Notes under the pieces: generated by a model | The model's database searches: none | What the model was told of the DNA's origin: nothing | The model's input: only the letters and a program-made list of their open reading frames with translations | Position numbers and translations under genes: made by a program | Assembly (NCBI GenBank): GCA_965197725.1 | Contig: CBDANQ010000050.1 | Span: forward strand, 1 to 20,702 | Direction: 5' to 3' | Length of the DNA: 20,702 nt | Source of the DNA: Longimicrobiales bacterium | GTDB lineage: Bacteria; Gemmatimonadota; Gemmatimonadetes; Longimicrobiales; Gaopeijiaceae | Shown: positions 16,031-20,702 of the stretch, piece by piece | Layout: the number at the start of each line of letters is the position of its first letter | Numbering within the stretch: position 1 is the stretch's first letter

Positions 16031-17914
16031 CTAGTTGTGGATGTCGTAGACGATCGAGGCCGTGCCCCAGGAGTCGAGGCGCACCGCACCGTCCACGTTG
16101 CCCACGGCGCTCCGGACCGCCTCGGTGACGGTCTTGGCGAACTCCTCGCCACCGTACGCGTAATCCTCACCGTTCGCGATCTCGATGTTCAGCGGCTGCT
16201 CGGTGACGAAGACCCGCACCATGCTCGGCCCGATCGGCCTTTGTGCCATGAACACCACGCCGCTGTCGGCGCCGGGGTAGGTCAGCGTTCGACCCGCCTC
16301 GATGCGCAAGGACGGCTGGTCCGTGTTCGGCAGCAGCATCGCCACGACGCCGTCGGTCGCGAGATCGACCAGCGTCACGTAGCCGGCGCGCTCGGACTTC
16401 ACGCTGAACGTCAGGGTCTCACCGAGCCCCAGGACGGTCCTGCCCCCCGAGATCTCGAGCTCGACGCCGAAACGCTGCCCGGGGTTGTCCATGTCCGCGA
16501 GCCGCTTGGCCGCAACTTCACGCCGGAGCGCCTCTGCCAAGGACTGTCCGGCGGCGGTTCCCGTCGGTAGCCCCTGGTGGCGCACGAAGCCGTCCGAACC
16601 CACGATCCGGGTCTCTTGACCCAAGCGCCGGATGATCAGGTGGCCGAATGCGTCCGCGCCCTCCAGGAGGCGGATGCCGGGATCGTCTCCGAGCTCGGCG
16701 CGCAGCGATGCAACTGCCTCCGAGTCTGCGCTGCCAAGGTTGACGAGCAGGGGGGCAGAGGAATACCGAAAGCCGGTCAGGCGGGCTTGGTCCCCCTCGT
16801 CGACCGATCCGCTGACGATGTTCACTGTCGTCCTGCGCTGACCGACTGCCTCGACGACGAGCTTCGCACCGCGCTCGGTCTCGAGGATCGAGCTCTTGGT
16901 GAAGCCCAGCACCATGCCGCCCGCGAGTTCAGCTGTCGCCCCGCTCACGCTCGCCACGGGGATGGTTCCGTCGACCACCCCGTCGTCGCCACCGTCGATG
17001 AAGAAGAGCTGGAAGTCTTTGAGCGCGACGTCTTCCGAGATCTGCGGGTCCTGCTGGAAGCGGTTACGCTTCAGCGCCTCGTAACTGTTCCGGAAGACCT
17101 CCTCATAGGTGGCCTTCGGCGACGCCCGCCACAGCTCACGGACCATGAACGTGGTGAACGCGCCGCCGTGGAACGGTTCGGCGCCGTCCTCGGCTGGGAA
17201 GAACGCGTCCACTGCCTGCTGGAACGGCTCCGCGGCCGCGAGCTCGAGCACCCGCGCTTGGTCAGAGTCGAAGCCCGTCTCGTCCTTCTGGCCGGGCAGC
17301 GCACGACGCGCCACGCTCGCTGGCTTGTCGATGTCGTTGATGTCCCTACCCAGAAGGCGGCCCCGGCTAAACGGAGTGACCGCGCGGGTTCCAGTGCCCG
17401 AGTTACAGTTGTCGAGGAACACGACGATGTTGCCGGCGGGCAGCATGCCGAGCCACTCGTTGAACGTATCGTCGCTGATGTCGTACTCGGTGCTGGTGAG
17501 GCTCACGTCGGCGGGGGCGAGCGTTTCATCCAGACCGTCGTCCTCGTCACCTGATTCGTCCCACATCTGAGAGCCGTGACCGGCGTAGAAGATCACGACG
17601 TTGTCACCGGGACGCGCGTTCCGCACGAGCCAGCCGGTAATCCCCTCTTCGATGGCGTCCCTCGTGGCCTCTCGATTGAGGAGCATGCGGACGTTCTCCT
17701 CCGGGAAGCGTGCACGCAACACGAGAAGGTCACGCATGCTACGCGCGTCGTGCTCGGCGCCCGGGAGGTCCCCGCCTTCAACGTCGTCGAAGTTGATGTA
17801 GTCGGTGATACCGACGATGAACGCCCAGCGCGTGGAGGCTGTGCGATCCACTGGCCCAAAAGCCAGCAGCGGGGTAGCGACCAGGATCAACAATACTGAT
17901 GCAAAGCGTCTCAC
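16031..17914 (-). CDS. Exported caspase-like protease (Peptidase C14, meta/orthocaspase type) with C-terminal DUF4384-like domain
   Basis: Signal peptide MRRFASVLLILVATPLLA. Motifs AFIVGITDY, LPGAEHDA, FYAGHG (His 17576-17578), DDGLDETL, LDNCNSG (Cys 17405-17407), GAFT and QDPQ. C-terminal GETLTFSVKSERAGYVTLVD..TDG...LLPN pattern typical of DUF4384. Confidence 0.88.
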   Translation of the reverse strand: MRRFASVLLILVATPLLAFGPVDRTASTRWAFIVGITDYINFDDVEGGDLPGAEHDARSMRDLLVLRARFPEENVRMLLNREATRDAIEEGITGWLVRNARPGDNVVIFYAGHGSQMWDESGDEDDGLDETLAPADVSLTSTEYDISDDTFNEWLGMLPAGNIVVFLDNCNSGTGTRAVTPFSRGRLLGRDINDIDKPASVARRALPGQKDETGFDSDQARVLELAAAEPFQQAVDAFFPAEDGAEPFHGGAFTTFMVRELWRASPKATYEEVFRNSYEALKRNRFQQDPQISEDVALKDFQLFFIDGGDDGVVDGTIPVASVSGATAELAGGMVLGFTKSSILETERGAKLVVEAVGQRRTTVNIVSGSVDEGDQARLTGFRYSSAPLLVNLGSADSEAVASLRAELGDDPGIRLLEGADAFGHLIIRRLGQETRIVGSDGFVRHQGLPTGTAAGQSLAEALRREVAAKRLADMDNPGQRFGVELEISGGRTVLGLGETLTFSVKSERAGYVTLVDLATDGVVAMLLPNTDQPSLRIEAGRTLTYPGADSGVVFMAQRPIGPSMVRVFVTEQPLNIEIANGEDYAYGGEEFAKTVTEAVRSAVGNVDGAVRLDSWGTASIVYDIHN

Positions 17915-17916
17915 GT

Positions 17917-18825
17917 CTATTTCTCCATCGGGATGTCGATTCCTTCCGCGGCCGCTTCCATCTCAACGGCGCACCCTCGAGAGAGGGCATCATCGCGGAC
18001 GCGGTTCACGATCTCATCCAACTCGTCGTCCGAGCGGGTGGGGTCGTGGTGGAAGAAGAGCAGCTTCTTGACCTCTCCTTCCTCGGCCAGTCGTACCGAC
18101 TGGTTGAACGTCGAGTGTCCCCAACCGATACGGGTCGGGTACTCGTCGTCGGTATACATCGAATCGTGGATGAGCAGGTCAGCACCACGCACGAACTCGA
18201 CGAGCCGCTCGTACCAGCCGTCCTCCACCTCGTACATGTCGCCCTCGATCTCGTCGTCGGGGACGAAGCAGAGGACCTTGCCACCTACCTCGATACGGTA
18301 AGCGATGGCGTACGAAGGGTGCTTCACCCTCATGGTGCGCAGGGTCGCGCCCGCCACCTCAAGGGTGCCCTCGTTGAGGTGATCGAACGACATCGTCGCG
18401 GCGACTACGCTGAACGGAACGGGGAAGTAGATCGGTCCCATCTGACCTGCGAAGAGGCTCCGCACGTCGATGTTGTTCTGCCGGGGCCCGACGATCTTCA
18501 GGTCGATCTCGGGATTGTACAGCGGGGCGAAGAACGGGAAGCCCTGGATGTGGTCCCAATGGAAGTGCGTCAAGAAGATGTGGTGGAATTCGCCACCGTT
18601 CTCGATCAAGTCCAGACCGAGCTCTCGCAGACCGGTACCAGCGTCGAAGATCAAGCGTTGTTCGCCATGTCGAACCTCGAATGACGTGGTATTGCCGCCA
18701 TAACGCGCCGTCTGAGGGCCGGGGCTCGGAATGGAGCCACGCGTTCCCCAACAGCGTGTGGTGACAGCGGCAACCGTGCCGGCGGCCTGCGGGGCCGACG
18801 GCGACACGTCGGTCGCGGGATCCAA
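17917..18825 (-). CDS. Metallo-beta-lactamase-fold hydrolase (RNase Z/PhnP-like phosphodiesterase subfamily)
   Basis: CWGTRGS…YGGNT, FDAGTG, THFHWDH (HxHxDH), HP, GWGHS and FHHDP. TTG start with GGAG upstream; stop lies 2 nt before the caspase start. Confidence 0.88.
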   Translation of the reverse strand: MDPATDVSPSAPQAAGTVAAVTTRCWGTRGSIPSPGPQTARYGGNTTSFEVRHGEQRLIFDAGTGLRELGLDLIENGGEFHHIFLTHFHWDHIQGFPFFAPLYNPEIDLKIVGPRQNNIDVRSLFAGQMGPIYFPVPFSVVAATMSFDHLNEGTLEVAGATLRTMRVKHPSYAIAYRIEVGGKVLCFVPDDEIEGDMYEVEDGWYERLVEFVRGADLLIHDSMYTDDEYPTRIGWGHSTFNQSVRLAEEGEVKKLLFFHHDPTRSDDELDEIVNRVRDDALSRGCAVEMEAAAEGIDIPMEK

Positions 18826-18954
18826 TAGCTACGTTCTCCCGGAGTTCGAGGGGTGCGCGGACAGGTCGGCACCCTCACCAATGTACATGCCAACTGGGAG
18901 AGATCGCGAGGATTTCTGCCCCGAGCCCTTGGAGAATTTGCCGGTGCCCCTCCC

Positions 18955-18984
18955 TTCCCACTCCCCTTCACGCGCTCCTACATT
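18955..18984 (+). promoter_or_regulatory. Possible sigma70-type promoter in the divergent intergenic region
   Basis: TTCCCA (18955-18960), 18-nt spacer, TACATT (18979-18984). A second TACATT faces the other way at 18880-18885. Weak match. Confidence 0.25.
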
Positions 18985-19048
18985 GGGGGTCCCCTGTGGC
19001 AGGGAAACGCCGTAGCAGCCTTCCAACAGCCCCCGGAGGCGACGAACC

Positions 19049-20227
19049 GTGTTTGAGCGCTCGCATGAATGGTCCAGAGAGGAAGTCATCGCCTTGCTCC
19101 AACGGGTCGATCTCTTCGAGGGTCTCCCCGACGACGACCTGAACAGCATTGCGGCGATCGTCGATGGCCACACGATCGAACCCGGTGAGTTCCTCTTCGA
19201 GGAGGGCGAGCCTGGTGACGCCTTCTACATCGTCTTTCAGGGCGCGATCGAGATCTCGAAGGCGCGTTCGGACGGGACCGAAGAAAAGCTTGCCGTCCGC
19301 CGGAGGGGCGACGGCTTCGGTGAAATGGCGCTTCTGAACGACGCCCCTCGTTCGGCGACTGCCAGAGCTGCGGAACGGACGCAGTTGGTCAGAGTCGCGC
19401 GCGATGACTTCCAGGAGCTCCTCGGTGGGGATTCGCTCGCGCTGCGCATGATGCGTGCGCTTTCGAAGGCGCTGCGTGCGCTCAGCGTTCGCTTCGCGAG
19501 CGCGGACAGGAAGCAGGACAGTGGCGGGGACGTGCGCGCGGACGCGTTCGCCGTCAGTCGTGTGATGCAAGCGGGCTTGTTGCCCCACGTTGCGCCCAAG
19601 GTGGACGGGCACGATGTCGCGGCCGGAACGACCACCGAGGAAACCGGGCGCGGTGCTTCAGTTTGGGACTGGATCGAGCTCGCGGACGGCCGCACCGCGC
19701 TGCTGAGCGTCGACGTGACTCAGGACGGCTTTCCACCGGCGCATCACCTGGGCACGTCCCGGGCCGTCGTGCGGGCGGTGGCGGCGGCGACCTCGTCGGT
19801 CGCCGACCTACTCCGAGGCTCGAACGAGGCGCTCGCTTCAGCCGGCGTGGACGGCCTGGATCAATTTATCCATATGGGTGTCCTGGTGGTGGACGCGGAC
19901 GGCCTGGAGTGGGGGAGCGCCGGAAAGGTTCGCGGAGGGCTCATTCGGCGGGACGGTAGCTTCGAGCAATTAGGCGCTCAGGGGCCGCCGCTTGGCATGA
20001 TGGGCGGATTTCAGTACAACGTGCAGAGCTTCTCCATGGACGCGGGCGACACCGCCTTCGTCCTCTCGCACGGATCACAAGGCTTGTTCCTCGGAGCTGC
20101 CGACCTGCTCGCGCAGCTCCATGGGAAGCCCGCGGGCGAAATCGTGACTTCGCTCCACAAGGCGATCCGCAAGGCACACGGTGATGAACGGAGCGAGACG
20201 TCGGTGCTCTACGTGAGGAAGAACTAG
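19049..20227 (+). CDS. Cyclic-nucleotide-binding domain fused to a degenerate SpoIIE/RsbU-like (PP2C) domain
   Basis: cNMP domain LFEEGEPGDAFYIV..G and FGEMALLNDAPRSATARA. SpoIIE-like MQAGLLP, SAG, GPPLGM and GDT, with the metal-binding Asp motifs mostly replaced. Confidence 0.85.
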   Translation: MFERSHEWSREEVIALLQRVDLFEGLPDDDLNSIAAIVDGHTIEPGEFLFEEGEPGDAFYIVFQGAIEISKARSDGTEEKLAVRRRGDGFGEMALLNDAPRSATARAAERTQLVRVARDDFQELLGGDSLALRMMRALSKALRALSVRFASADRKQDSGGDVRADAFAVSRVMQAGLLPHVAPKVDGHDVAAGTTTEETGRGASVWDWIELADGRTALLSVDVTQDGFPPAHHLGTSRAVVRAVAAATSSVADLLRGSNEALASAGVDGLDQFIHMGVLVVDADGLEWGSAGKVRGGLIRRDGSFEQLGAQGPPLGMMGGFQYNVQSFSMDAGDTAFVLSHGSQGLFLGAADLLAQLHGKPAGEIVTSLHKAIRKAHGDERSETSVLYVRKN

Positions 20228-20274
20228 CCGCTGTAGCCGCCCGTCTACTACGGGCTGCTCGGGGAGTGAGAAAG

Positions 20275-20574
20275 ATGGCAGTGACAGAAAAAGACGTCCG
20301 CAAAGCGCTCAAGGCGGTCAAGGATCCGGAGCTCGGGCTGGATCTGGTGGTGCTCGGGTTGATCTACGACATCGAGATCGAGGATGCCGAGGTCAGAGCC
20401 ACTATCTCGCTCACGTCTCCGTTCTGCCCGGTGGCGGGTCAGATCGTCGAGGACGTGAAAACGGCGATCGAGGGGGTCGATGGCGTCGACGACGTGGAAG
20501 TGGAGCTCACCTTCGATCCCCCCTGGACGCCGGAGCGGATCGCGCCGCTCATCAGGGCTTCACTCGGACTTTGA
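20275..20574 (+). CDS. DUF59 / metal-sulfur cluster assembly factor (SufT/PaaD-like)
   Basis: ALKAVKDPELGLDLVVLGLIY, LTSPFCP and FDPPWT signatures. ATG 20275 preferred over GTG 20266. Confidence 0.9.
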   Translation: MAVTEKDVRKALKAVKDPELGLDLVVLGLIYDIEIEDAEVRATISLTSPFCPVAGQIVEDVKTAIEGVDGVDDVEVELTFDPPWTPERIAPLIRASLGL

Positions 20575-20584
20575 AAAGGGACCC

Positions 20585-20702
20585 ATGGCGCCGTTCACCC
20601 AAGACAAGCTGAAACAGAAGGTTCACGAAGGCTACGTCGCCGAGTCCTCTGAGGAGATGACGGAGGGTATCGGAACGCGTTGGCGGTTCAGCTCACCGTG
20701 CA
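20585..20702 (+). CDS. Start of a PaaA/PaaC-family (phenylacetyl-CoA epoxidase subunit A-like) protein; partial, with an apparent missing base at 20665-20667
   Basis: MAPFTQDKLKQKVHEGYVAESSEEMTEG; adding one G continues as YRNALAVQLTV(Q). This resembles the PaaA N-terminus (E...M.x.YR..L..Q). Adjacent to a PaaD-like gene. Confidence 0.6.
   Translation, partial: MAPFTQDKLKQKVHEGYVAESSEEMTEGIGTRWRFSSPC

Noticed and set aside
12715..18684. Plus-strand ORFs 12715..13734, 14243..15346, 16577..17554 and 17899..18684
   Set aside because: Antisense to the operon genes; no domain signatures.
11111..20227. Reading the locus as a Pycsar/CBASS or gasdermin-type anti-phage system
   Set aside because: The cyclase is a membrane CHASE2 enzyme with ATP-type residues, the caspase appears exported, and there is no gasdermin, TIR, nuclease or pore-forming effector. 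A defence role is not excluded but is unsupported.
20235..20259. Hairpin AGCCGCCCGT-ctact-ACGGGCTGCT after the cNMP-SpoIIE gene
   Set aside because: No U-tract, and the stem is short enough to arise by chance at this GC content; not called as a terminator.

Overview
GC-rich bacterial window, dense in signal-transduction genes; the gene repertoire resembles Gemmatimonadota, which is inference only. From left to right: a three-subunit xanthine-dehydrogenase-family molybdoenzyme (Tat/lipobox-bearing 2Fe-2S subunit, Mo subunit, partial FAD subunit), an MscS channel, a Ser/Thr phospho-signalling cluster (membrane PP2C, double-FHA protein, Hanks kinase, divergent TPR lipoprotein) and a HupE/UreJ-like membrane protein. 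Next is a tightly coupled five-gene minus-strand operon: MBL-fold hydrolase, exported caspase-like protease with a DUF4384-like domain, CHASE2 class III adenylate cyclase, exported DUF928-like protein and GAF/HD-GYP phosphodiesterase. It is divergent from a cNMP-binding/degenerate SpoIIE gene. The window ends with a DUF59 gene and the start of a PaaA-like gene. The most interesting candidate system is this putative protease-linked cyclic-nucleotide signalling locus (11111-20227). Three single-base indels in short homopolymers and one in-frame TAG interrupt otherwise intact genes and probably reflect sequencing or assembly error. No RNA genes, CRISPR arrays or mobile elements were recognised.
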